Assembly (NCBI RefSeq): GCF_006345805.1
Contig: NW_021836103.1
Coordinates: forward strand, 1-25,645
Source: Octopus sinensis
Taxonomy: Eukaryota
Reading direction: 5' to 3'
DNA: 25,645 bases
Shown here: positions 10,549-20,733 of the stretch, one piece after another
Position numbering within the stretch: position 1 is the stretch's first letter
How the letters are laid out: each line of letters begins with the position of its first letter
Notes under the pieces: model-generated
What the model was told of the DNA's origin: nothing
Database searches by the model: none
Seen by the model: only the letters and a program-made list of their open reading frames with translations
Program-made: the position numbers and the translations under genes

Positions 10549-11261
10549 GAGTATCTCAACAGGCACGATAGAGCTGCACAATATATTCACTGGGTAATCT
10601 GTAAAAACCTGGATTTGCCCCATGAAAAAAACTGGTGGGAACACAAACCACCCCCAGTGCTTGAAAATGACCACATCTGGAACTTCACCATTCAAACTGA
10701 CAGGAAGATAGATGCAAATAGGCCAGACATCATATTGAAAAACTTCAAACAAAGAACATGCCTCCCCATTGATATGACTGTCCCAATCGATATAAACGTA
10801 TCTGTCAAGACCTACCAAAAACTGAGCAAATATAAAGATCTTGAAATAGAAGTCAGCAAAATGTGGAAGCTGAAGACTAAAACAATACCTGTTGTCATAG
10901 GTGTTGTCATAGGTGCCCTGGGAATGATAGCGAAAGGGACTGATTGCTACCTAACTCAGATACCAGGAAACCCCAAAATGGCAGAAATTCAAAAGATAGT
11001 GCTCATGGGAAATGCTCATATCCTACGCAAAATACTCTCTATGTAATCTCAAGGTTTAAAACAAACATAATTTTCGGTTTAAAAAAAAAAAAAAAAAACC
11101 TTTTTTTTTTTAGACATTCATTAGTACAACATCCCCACCCCCCAAATATATGGCACACTAGGCATAACAACAACATGAACTTCCAACCCTGTTGTCTCTT
11201 GAGGTCTCTGGGTGAGACTTGGAGCCAACTTGTACAAATATAAAGCAAAAGTCAAACATAG
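10549..11261 (+). mobile_element. 5'-truncated R4/Dong-type non-LTR retrotransposon (RLE endonuclease C-terminus plus 3' UTR), family 1 copy 1
   Basis: The frame 10549-11046 reads EYLNRHDRAAQYIHWVIC...WNFTIQTDRKIDANRPDIIL...IDMTVP...QKLSKYKDL...MWKL...PVVIG...ALG...GNAHILRK. It carries the RHD and PD-D-K..KY restriction-like endonuclease motifs, has a ~215-nt 3' UTR, and is flanked by (TAA)n on both sides. Confidence 0.9.
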
Positions 11262-11308
11262 AATAATAATAATATAATATAATAATATAATAATAATAAT
11301 AATAATAA

Positions 11309-12018
11309 GAGTATCTCAACAGGCACGATAGAGCTGCACAATATATTCACTGGGTAATCTGTAAAAACCTGGATTTGCCCCATGAAAAAAACTGGTGGGA
11401 ACACAACCACCCCCAGTGCTTGAAAATGACCACATCTCACTCCTCTGGAACTTCACCATTCAAACTGACAGGGAGATAGATGCAAATAGGCCAGACATCA
11501 TATTGAAAAACTTCAAACAAAGAACATGCCTCCTCATTGATATGACTGTCCCAATCGATATAAACGTATCTGTCAAGACCTACCAAAAACTGAGCAAATA
11601 TAAAGATCTTGAAATAGAAATCAGCAAAATGTGGAAGCTGAAGACTAAAACAATACCTGTTGTCATAGGTGCCCTGGGAATGATAGCAAATGGGGCTGAT
11701 AGCTACCTAACTCAGATACCAGGAAACCCAAAAATGGCAGAAGTTCAAAAGATAGTGCTCATGGGAACTGCTCATATCCTACGCAAAATACTCTCTATGT
11801 AATCTCAAGGTTTAAAACAAACATAATTTTCGGTTTAAAAAAAAAAAAAAAAAAAAACTTTTTTTTTTTAGACATTCATTAGTACAACATCCCCACCCCC
11901 CAAATATATGGCACACTAGGCATAACAACAACATGAACTTCCAACCCTGTTGTCTCTTGAGGTCTCTGGGTGAGACTTGGAGCCAACTTGTACAAATATA
12001 AAGCAAAAGTCAAACATA

Positions 12019-12019
<1 letters not shown>
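11309..12019 (+). mobile_element. R4/Dong-type fragment, family 1 copy 2 (tandem duplicate of copy 1, 760-bp offset)
   Basis: Same 5' truncation point and 3' end as copy 1, a 1-bp deletion frameshift near 11405, and (TAA)n flanks. Confidence 0.9.
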
Positions 12020-12074
<55 letters not shown>

Positions 12075-12137
12075 TAATAATAATAAATAATAATAATAAT
12101 AATGATAATAATAATAATAATGATAATAATAATAATG

Positions 12138-12174
<37 letters not shown>
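12020..12174. repeat. (TAA)n microsatellite
   Basis: Direct inspection. Confidence 0.95.
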
Positions 12175-12176
<2 letters not shown>

Positions 12177-12730
12177 GCCCTGATGCAGTACCAGGCAGTG
12201 GCTCTCATGGCTTCTGATCTTAACTGATTGGAAGTGTTATCATGTACATTGTTTTGTCTTGGTATAAAAGATGGGCTACAGCAAATATTCTGCTCAATAC
12301 CACAGATTTGCTTGTCAGTTGTTTGACCTTAACCAGTTGACCATGTCCCTTAGTGGCTGACGATATGTGCATCTCTGATCACGAGCAGAAGTAGTGGGAG
12401 AGCATCATAGCCATGTGTTGAGAGGAATTTTGGGGGGGTTGAATTATTCACCTCTGGAAACATGGGTTTTTCATTCAACACCCTTAAACAACCCTTATTC
12501 AGGGACCTTTTGAGCAGTATGGGCTATTCGACCGGAAGAAAATTCTAACTGGGCCCCAGTTGCAAGGTCATGCGCTGTTAATCTTCATATGAGATCACCA
12601 TGTCGCGCACATATAGTTGTGATGCATGTGCCTGGTATACCCTTATCAGACGGGTAGTCATGATGGATATACTGGGCTTCGTACATTTTACCCCAGTGTC
12701 ACTTTGATGGCATGCGCTGCTCTCTCACTC
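12175..12730. mobile_element. 556-bp non-coding interspersed element in (TAA)n, copy 1
   Basis: Roughly 90% identical by eye to 19805-20353 with the same two ends (ATGCCCTGATGCAG ... CTCACTC), and both copies are bounded by (AAT)n. Confidence 0.8.
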
Positions 12731-12743
12731 AATAATAATAGAA

Positions 12744-12806
<63 letters not shown>

Positions 12807-13143
12807 TCATGTTTGACTTTTAATTTGCATTTGTATAAGTTGGCTCCACGTCTCCCCCAGAGACCTCAAGAGACAACAAGTTAGAAGTTCATGTTGGTGT
12901 TATGCCTAGGGTGCCATATATTTGATTTTGTACATAGTGTTGTTCTAGAGAATGTTTAAGAAACCATAAGAAAATTGTGTTTGTTTTGTAATTTGAGATT
13001 ACATAGATTACATTGATTACATAGATTTGAGATTACATCTTACGTAGGATATGGGCAGTTCCCATCAGCACTATCTTTTGAATTTCTGACATTTTGGGAT
13101 TTCCTGGTATATGAGCTAGGAAGCAATAAGCTCCTTTTGCTTC
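12807..13143 (-). mobile_element. R4/Dong-type fragment, family 1 copy 3 (short, diverged)
   Basis: The minus strand encodes AKGAYCFLAHIPGNPKMSEIQKIVLMGTAHILRKM* plus a 3' UTR homologous to copies 1 and 2, flanked by (TTA)n. Confidence 0.88.
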
Positions 13144-13159
13144 TTTATTATTATTATTA

Positions 13160-13194
<35 letters not shown>

Positions 13195-13288
13195 GTTATT
13201 ATTATTATCATTATTATTATTATTAGTTGCAGTAGTAGTGGTAGTAGTAGTAGTATAACCCACATATATTATTATTATTATTATTATG

Positions 13289-13326
<38 letters not shown>
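13144..13326. repeat. (TTA)n/(TAG)n microsatellite
   Basis: Direct inspection. Confidence 0.9.
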
Positions 13327-13383
13327 GGCTTCTAATTGAGGCAAATTGCTGAGTGTCAATCTGTCTTTCGATTGTAAACTGTT

Positions 13384-13557
13384 ATGACTGGTTTAACAGA
13401 AATAAATGATGAGGCAATAACGAACAACGAAATCAACCTAAAACACAAGAAACATCGACAACAACAACAACAACAATCGGAAATGTCGAAAATGTCGAAG
13501 AGCGATACAGAGCGGAGTAAAACTACAAAGGAAATGGAATTAGAAATAATTGCCTAA
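13384..13557 (+). other. 57-codon ORF with a short polyQ, possible small ORF or terminal exon
   Basis: MTGLTEINDEAITNNEINLKHKKHRQQQQQQSEMSKMSKSDTERSKTTKEMELEIIA*. No homology recognised. Confidence 0.15.
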
Positions 13558-14076
13558 GCCTTAACATACAGCAACAAACAAACATGCGGCAAACAAAATA
13601 AGTTATCGTTTAAAGATGGCGATTGTCATGGCGATTGAGCAAACGGGTGATTTACTACGAAAGTCAATGATAAAAGCTTGCTTGGAAGTTTTGGGGCTTT
13701 TTTGTTCTTTTTTTTCTTATTGAAATTATATTAAAGAACGAGGAAAAGAAAAATGGTTGATTTCTTTTGGGATTTCTTCCAGTATCGTTGATCCTTGAAT
13801 TAATATTTGTGCTTTATTTACATATTTTTTAATATTTCATTTTTATTTGTACGTTTTTCATTTTTATTTAAATTTTTACTCTCAATATTTCATCTTCATT
13901 TTTGATATTTAGCTTTTTATTTTTATTTATATCTTTATATTTTTATTTTGAATTTTTATTTTAATTTCGAAATTTTGCTTTTATCTTTATTTCTATTTTC
14001 ATTTTTATTTTAATTTTTATTTTACTTTTTATTCATATTCTTATTTCCAATTTTTAAAAATTTATATTATAATAGT

Positions 14077-14098
14077 ATCATTATTATTATTATTATTA

Positions 14099-14141
<43 letters not shown>

Positions 14142-14230
14142 TATTATTATTATTATTATCATTATTATTATTATTATAATTATTATTATTATTATATTAT
14201 TTATTATTATTATCATTATTATTATTATTA

Positions 14231-14262
<32 letters not shown>

Positions 14263-14381
14263 GTTATTATTATTATATTATTATATTATTATATTATTAT
14301 TATTATCATTATTATTATTATATCATCATTATCATCATCATCATTATTATATTATTATTATCATTATTATTATTATTATTA

Positions 14382-14464
<83 letters not shown>

Positions 14465-14490
14465 TATTATTATTATTATTATCATTATAT
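14077..14490. repeat. (TTA)n microsatellite, ~410 bp, with CAT interruptions
   Basis: Direct inspection. Confidence 0.95.
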
Positions 14491-14877
14491 TCCATTGTCA
14501 TTGGCTTTTGATATGGTTCGTTATGTTCTAAAAGAATGGACGTTTTGCTAATCAAGAAAGAATATTAACTCTCAAAGAGAAGTTAATTCCGTTAACTCAA
14601 TTCTTTTGTTTCTAATCATATTTTTTTTTCTGAATCTTTCGACATATTACGGTCGTAGCCGTGTATTCTTCGACAGAATTATCTTCTCAACAATCAATAC
14701 ATCTTCAAAATGGCGTATTCCCATGAACCAATTCTCGAGCAAATGTATTTTATTATTATTTCTTTTATTTCTCTCTTTGGTACCTCTTTTCATCATAAAA
14801 TTCCTTATGCAATTTTAAAATTTAGATCTGTAAAACTTCATAGCTCTATATGGAGTAACATTATGGGGTAACCATAT

Positions 14878-15040
14878 AAGGTAACTCGGTGGTTAAAATG
14901 CTCTCTTTACTGCTACATAGTTTTAAGTTCAGTCATACTGCTGCGTGGCCTCTTGAGAAAATGTCCACTATTATAGCCCCGTGCTGACCAATCTTCTAAG
15001 TGAATTTTATACACGGAATATGTGTGAGGCTCTCGAAATA
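14878..15040 (+). mobile_element. SINE family B, highly diverged head
   Basis: GGTGGTTAAAATGC...AGTTCAGTCATACTGCTGCGTGGCCTCTTGAGAAAATGTCCACTATTATAGCCCCG is collinear with 570-700. Confidence 0.5.
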
Positions 15041-15277
15041 CGGAGTAGAAAAGCAGCCGGCAACTGATGAAGGGTCGTTCTTTATGTTGCTTGTCTTGTT
15101 TTCCATTTGTTTCTTTCGTTGTACGCAAAAAAATGTTTGTATTCCATGTTTTCGTATTTCATGTTGTTTACGTTCTATGACGTCCTGTACCCATATATGA
15201 ATATGTATATACATATATATGTATGTATGTACATATATGTATATATGCATATATATATATTATTATATATGTATGTA

Positions 15278-15308
<31 letters not shown>

Positions 15309-15476
15309 CTTTGGAAGTCTTTGTGAAACGTTACTTAATACAGTTTTTAAGCATAAAGGGGATTTTTCAAGTTATAAATTTAACATTAAACTGCTTTTTT
15401 GTCGAGTACATGTTTATTATACAAGAAAAGGGTTGATAGGGTCTTCGAAGTTTTAGCCTGCCAGCCTTCGTCGGAC

Positions 15477-15762
15477 TTTCTACATATGCCTTGCCAACCG
15501 GTGATGGTTTATTTCTACATATGCCTTGACAACCGATGATGGTTTATTTCTACATATACCTTAACACACACATGCCTTATCAACCGGTGATGGTTTATTT
15601 ACGTCCCTGTCAATTTTCGATTCAGCAAGCGAAACCCTTAAAATAAATAGACTTCAAATTTGAAAAAAATAACAACAAATACTGAAGATTGATCTGTTCG
15701 ATTAAAATCCTTCAAAGCGGTGCCCCAGCATGGCCGCTGTCCGATGACCGAAACAAATAAAA
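15477..15762 (+). mobile_element. SINE family B, 3' half with an internal 35-bp tandem amplification
   Basis: TTTCTACATAT starts at 15477, 15512 and 15547, and the element ends with GGCGGTGCCCCAGCATGGCCGC-like sequence and GACCGAAACAAATAAAA. Confidence 0.7.
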
Positions 15763-15769
15763 CATAATG

Positions 15770-15952
15770 ATCCTTTCTACTAAAAGTACGAAGCCTGAAA
15801 TTCTAGTGGGGGTGTGGGGCTATTCGATTACGTCTGGTACTTATTTTATCGACCCCGGAAGGATGAAAGACAAAGTCGACCTAGGCGGAATTTGAACTTA
15901 GGACGTAAAAACCGACGAAATGCTACTAACCAGTTCCACCAAATCGTCGCCT
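15770..15952 (-). mobile_element. SINE family A
   Basis: CTGGTACTTATTTTATCGACCCCGGAAGGATGAAAGACAAAGTCGACCTAGGCGGAATTTGAAC. Confidence 0.78.
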
Positions 15953-16476
15953 CATCGTAAAAAGGCAAAGGTAAAAATCAAATCGATAAAAACTGTTCCG
16001 AAAAATAGATACATCAATTTTGTAATCGTCAATCAAAAAATATATTATATTTCTTTGGGGTTTTTTTTGCTGGTTTCAAGCTAGGGGCTGGGGCCTTCTT
16101 TTTAAAATATCAATAACCATTTGAGTGAAGATTACTGTTTATTTAACTAAAACATTTTAGGTTTAGTTATGTTGTAATTGGTTATGATTTAACTAATGGG
16201 ATTCAAACCATAACTGACAATCTACGGTAAAATATATTTGTAGTTTGGGTTTTTGCTTGTTTGGTTTTTTTTTTGTTGTTTTTTTTGGTCAGGAAACCCA
16301 TTAAGGTTTGTATACTTTATAACGGGCGACATTTTGAAAATCAATAATCTCAGAAATAAATCGATTTTATAATTCTTTCATATGGCCTCGTCACAGATTG
16401 ATTCTATCATATCGTTCGGTACAGTGCTTAATGTTGCTTTGGGGAGTTCAAGTCAGTCATCCAACTTGGATTTTAA

Positions 16477-16540
<64 letters not shown>

Positions 16541-16541
16541 G

Positions 16542-16635
<94 letters not shown>
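16477..16635. repeat. (GATA)n microsatellite with a GATAAGTA variant at 16536-16543
   Basis: Direct inspection. Confidence 0.97.
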
Positions 16636-17907
16636 TGTTTCTTTATTAGCCACAAGGGGGCTGCACACAGATAGAACAAATTACAAGGTAGAGCTTTTCT
16701 TTTGAAGGGTTAAAAAAAAAGGAAGGGGGGAGAGTTTCGATCAAAAAGGGATCGTAAAAGGAGAGAAAGAGGACAAAAAAGGGGGGGGTTAAAAAAAAAA
16801 GGGGGAGAGGAAAAAAAAATTGATCAATAGGGATCGTTATCACAGAAATGTCAATATGAAGTGTAAAGGGGAGGACAGGTGAGGTTTACCCGTGGAAGAA
16901 AAGCCTACGGAAAAGACCACGGTAACCTCGGTCAATGAAGTCACATTTTATATTCTTTTTTTTTTTTTTTTGCAAATAAGCAACTCTCTGTTTTCGATTT
17001 CTGGGGTCATAGGACTATGCTCAAGGTGGCTTCGTCATTCATACGTGCCATTCTTGCTAATTCACCATCTTTTTTTTAAAACATTCGCTAGACAAAACTT
17101 GCCTCTCTACTCTCACTTTCCTTTTCAAGTGGTACTTGAAGAAGTTGATGAGAGATTGACCAGAGAGGAAAGTGTTTGTCTCCAATCCTTTCAGACGCGT
17201 CCACCAGATACATTCTCTCGCCATAGCCACAAGGATGATGAAAATAGCTCTTCCTTCCCGTTTGAAGGAAGGAGGCGTGACAATATTGACGATAGACTCA
17301 GCTGATAAAACGACCTATCCCACACGTGACAGCAGTTGTTCGACATAAGCCACAGGTCGGAAATTGTTGGACACTGAACGAGTGCGTGCAGAACGGTTCG
17401 TCGCTCTGACCGCATCTCGGGCAGGTCGGCCCCGTGTTTCTCGAGCCGTGTCTGTAGAGCTTATCCCGAACGGGTAGCGCTTCTCGGTAGCACTGCCAGG
17501 CCAGGGATCTCTGGAAGTTGTCCATGGGCCCTGGCCCGAAAGTCGTCCTGAACAGGCGGCTCAGGTACTCCTCGTCGACGTCCAGGTTCGCCCCGAGCTC
17601 GTCGTCGTACCTCCCCTCCACTAAACCCCTATAGAATGCTTTGGTTGTGTTGAAGTCACTTAAGGTCGACCCAGGACGGCAGAGTTGCTTGAGAGCAACG
17701 CGACACTCGCGGTGCCATTCGCCCTTCCTCGGCCTCTTTTTGATCCACGACTGCAGTTCGGTCATGGAGACGAGCTGCGGGAAAGCGTGCCTCACAAACG
17801 GCGACCACACCTGTTCACCGTCGTCTACATAGAGCCAGAGATGTCGCAGTCTCAGCGCGTGTCTGCGCATCATCAACCACGGCATGCCCAGCCCTCCTTT
17901 TAACGGG
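16636..17907 (-). mobile_element. 5'-truncated Tx1/L1-clade LINE (ORF2 C-terminus with zinc knuckle plus 3' UTR), degraded by frameshifts
   Basis: The minus strand reads KGGLGMP...AWQCYREALPVRDKL...CPRCGQSDE(fs)TVLHALVQCPTISDLW...CIWWTRLKG...stop at 17009-17007. This shows the GGLGxP and CxxC-ETxxH-C motifs of L1/Tx1 ORF2. The 3' UTR ends in AATAAAGAAACA followed by (TATC)n. Confidence 0.9.
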
Positions 17908-18034
<127 letters not shown>

Positions 18035-18235
18035 GGGAGAATTCACGAAAAAAACAAAAGACGAAGACATGTACTGTACAAAACAAACAGATGCATTAGT
18101 ATAACGCTCAGGAATTGAAAATGTATTTTACGTTTCGAGCCTACGCTCTTCTACAGAAAGGGGCACAGAAAGAAACAAGGAGAGAAACAAGAAAAGAAAA
18201 AATATGTGTTTAGTGGCTAACGATCTATCATGGTG
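18035..18235 (-). mobile_element. second ~200-bp hammerhead-bearing element, inside (GATA)n
   Basis: Shares ACGCTCAGGAA and TTTTACGTTTCGAGC....GCTCTTC..CAGAAA with 7998-8200 and has (GATA)n on both sides. Confidence 0.5.
18126..18159 (-). ncRNA. degenerate minimal hammerhead motif (A6 to U in the core)
   Basis: The minus strand reads UUU CUGUAGA A GAGC-GUAG-GCUC GAAA CG UA AAA, with the same stem II as 8098-8132 but a different loop. Confidence 0.55.

Positions 18236-18332
<97 letters not shown>
18236..18332. repeat. (GATA)n microsatellite
   Basis: Direct inspection. Confidence 0.97.
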
Positions 18333-18374
18333 TACATTGGTGATACATTGCTAAACCGCTACCTAATTAAGTTA

Positions 18375-18572
18375 TATGTATGTATGTAGACAAAAACACA
18401 CACACAAACACACACACACACACACACACACATACTTAATTGAAAACTTAGATTATAAGATAAACAGACAATATACGGATATACAGATATATATATACAT
18501 GTAAACGCACACACATATATAGACCTGCACCGTACATACAACACACATACACACATACATACATAAATACAT

Positions 18573-18603
<31 letters not shown>

Positions 18604-18687
18604 TACATACATACATACATACATACACACATACATACACACATACATACATACATACATACATACATACATACATACATACATACA

Positions 18688-18722
<35 letters not shown>
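18375..18722. repeat. compound (CA)n/(TACA)n microsatellite
   Basis: Direct inspection. Confidence 0.9.
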
Positions 18723-18809
18723 CATGTCACCTGTACTATTGAAGGTATTGATTTCTGATATTCGATCATGATACATACATTCTCATGTGCGAAGAAGGGA
18801 GGGGAATGT

Positions 18810-18945
18810 TTGCAATAAAACGATCAATCGAATAAATTCGATGCCCGATAATCGTCAGGGAATTAATTTTATCGACCAACGAAGAACAGAAGACGAAGGC
18901 GTATGCGCCGTCGACCTTGGCGAGATTTGAAACCGGAAAGTAAAG
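18810..18945 (-). mobile_element. SINE family A, very diverged
   Basis: AATTTTATCGACC...GTCGACCTTGGCGAGATTTGAA. Confidence 0.4.
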
Positions 18946-19138
18946 CTCCATACAAGAGGTAAAAAGATACAAGAAAACAACAGGCGCTTTCTAGCTTGTC
19001 TATGGAATCTGTAACCGTATGTAGCTTTGTTCGCCAGATTTTGTAAAGTAGAAAGAGATAGACAAAAGAGGAAGGGAGAAGTAATAGCTCCTAAGTGAAC
19101 ACTCCTCTTGTAAGTGTAGAACTCGTTGTAATTATCTC

Positions 19139-19475
19139 CTCTGTGTGCCTTGGGTATGTGCTGTGTTTTGTTGTGATGCTCTGATGGTTATTGTATTGAA
19201 AGTGTTCTGCGTAGGATGTGTGCAGTGCCTAGTAGTGCAATTTTCTGTATGTTATATGTCTTTGATAGTCCTGGTGTTTTTGTTATGTATTTGTCTGAAT
19301 ATTTTTTTTATCATGCCTAATGCACCTACTATGATAGCTATTGTTTCTGCTTTTAGATTCCACATTCTAGTTACCTCTATTTCCAGGTCTTTGTATTTTG
19401 AAAGTTTCTCCATTTCTTTTAGAGACACGTTGTCATCTGCTGGTATTGATACATCAATTAGAAAGCATTTTTCTT
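19139..19475 (-). mobile_element. 5'-truncated R4/Dong-type RLE fragment, family 2
   Basis: The minus strand reads KKCFLIDVSIPADDNVSLKEMEKLSKYKDLEIEVTRMWNLKAETIAIIVGALGMIKK(+1 fs in T8 at 19302-19309)YSDKYITKTPGLSKTYNIQKIALLGTAHILRRTLSIQ* (stop 19190-19188). The 5' end abuts the (TAT)n tract. Confidence 0.85.
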
Positions 19476-19476
19476 A

Positions 19477-19536
<60 letters not shown>

Positions 19537-19558
19537 TATTATTATTATTATTATTATT

Positions 19559-19593
<35 letters not shown>

Positions 19594-19612
19594 TATCATT
19601 ATTATTATTGTT
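19476..19612. repeat. (TAT)n/(CAT)n microsatellite
   Basis: Direct inspection. Confidence 0.95.
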
Positions 19613-19718
19613 ACTAGATTGCTGTAATTATCTTATTTCTAAAAGTACTTGAGCCGATATAATTGGGTTTTCTCTTTCTCAAAATGTGAAACTTGTTAAT
19701 GATTTCTGCTGTTGTTAT

Positions 19719-19719
<1 letters not shown>

Positions 19720-19804
<85 letters not shown>
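19720..19804. repeat. (TAA)n microsatellite
   Basis: Direct inspection. Confidence 0.95.
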
Positions 19805-19807
<3 letters not shown>

Positions 19808-20353
19808 CCCTGATGCAGTACCAGGCAGTAGCTCTCATGGCTTTGATCTTAACTGATTGAGAAGTTATCATGTACATTGTTTTGTCTTGGTATAAAAGAT
19901 GGGCTACAGCAAATATTTGCTCATACACAGATTTGCTTGTCAGTTGTTTGACCTTAACCAGTGAGCATGTCCCTTTGTGGCTGACGATGTGTGCATCTCT
20001 GATCACGAGCAGAAGTAGTGGGGAGCATCTTGGCCATGTGTTGAGGGGGATTCTTTGGGGTTTGAATAATTCACCTCTGGAACATGTGGGTGTTTCGTTC
20101 AACATGCTTAAACAACCCTTATTCAGGGACCTTTTGAGCGGGATGGGTTACTCAACCTGAAGAAAATTCTAACTGGGCCCCACCTGCAAGGTCATGTGCT
20201 GTTTATCTTGATATGAGATCACCATGTCGCGCACATATGGTTGTGATGCATGTGCCTGGTGTACCCTTTCAGACGGGTAGTCATGATGGGTATACTGGGC
20301 TTCGTATATTTTACCCCAGTGTCACTTTGATGGCATGCTCTGCTCGCTCACTC
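19805..20353. mobile_element. 549-bp non-coding interspersed element in (TAA)n, copy 2
   Basis: Homologous end-to-end to 12175-12730. Confidence 0.8.
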
Positions 20354-20398
<45 letters not shown>

Positions 20399-20450
20399 AA
20401 TAAATAATAAATAAATAATAATGTTGATGATGATGATGATGATAATAAGG
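20354..20450. repeat. (TAA)n/(TAAA)n/(TGA)n microsatellite
   Basis: Direct inspection. Confidence 0.9.
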
Positions 20451-20507
20451 TTGTCTACAATAAGTGATTAGCTGATTATCTACCTCGACAACATATTAAT
20501 TTATTAA

Positions 20508-20538
20508 TTTTGTTCTTTCTTTTTGGTGTGTTTTTCAG
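20508..20538 (+). promoter_or_regulatory. splice acceptor opening the GPCR coding exon (5' UTR intron)
   Basis: TTTTGTTCTTTCTTTTTGGTGTGTTTTTCAG with AG at 20537-20538, 195 nt upstream of the first ATG. Confidence 0.55.
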
Positions 20539-20574
20539 TCTGAACAAAGCAAGGTTATCCTTCCCTTGGTGAAA

Positions 20575-20604
20575 ATGAGAGCACAACCATCTGCATTAGA
20601 TTAG
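20575..20604 (+). promoter_or_regulatory. upstream ORF (MRAQPSALD*) in the putative GPCR 5' UTR
   Basis: AAAATGA context, stop TAG at 20602-20604. It is only relevant if the exon starts at 20539. Confidence 0.35.
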
Positions 20605-20733
20605 CAACGAGAAAATCTGCTGATAAAAAGAAGAAAAAAATAGACGAAGAACGGGAAGAAAGACGTAAAGAAAAGTAAAGAAAATAAAAGAAGAAGAATT
20701 AAAAGAATAAAAAAAAGGTGAAAATTGCTGACG

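Noticed and set aside
12354-12400. CTGACGA in the 556-bp element as a hammerhead core
   Set aside because: No stem II followed by GAAA.
15060-15085. CTGATGAAGGG as a hammerhead core
   Set aside because: No downstream GAAA or UH site.
16892-17305. 137-aa plus-strand ORF
   Set aside because: It is antisense to the Tx1 ORF2 and 3' UTR, a typical shadow ORF.
19145-19627. 160-aa hydrophobic plus-strand ORF resembling a membrane protein
   Set aside because: It is the antisense reading of the RLE family 2 fragment plus a microsatellite.
19614-20160. ORFs within the ~550-bp element
   Set aside because: The frames are not preserved in the other copy (12175-12730) because of several indels, so there is no coding constraint.
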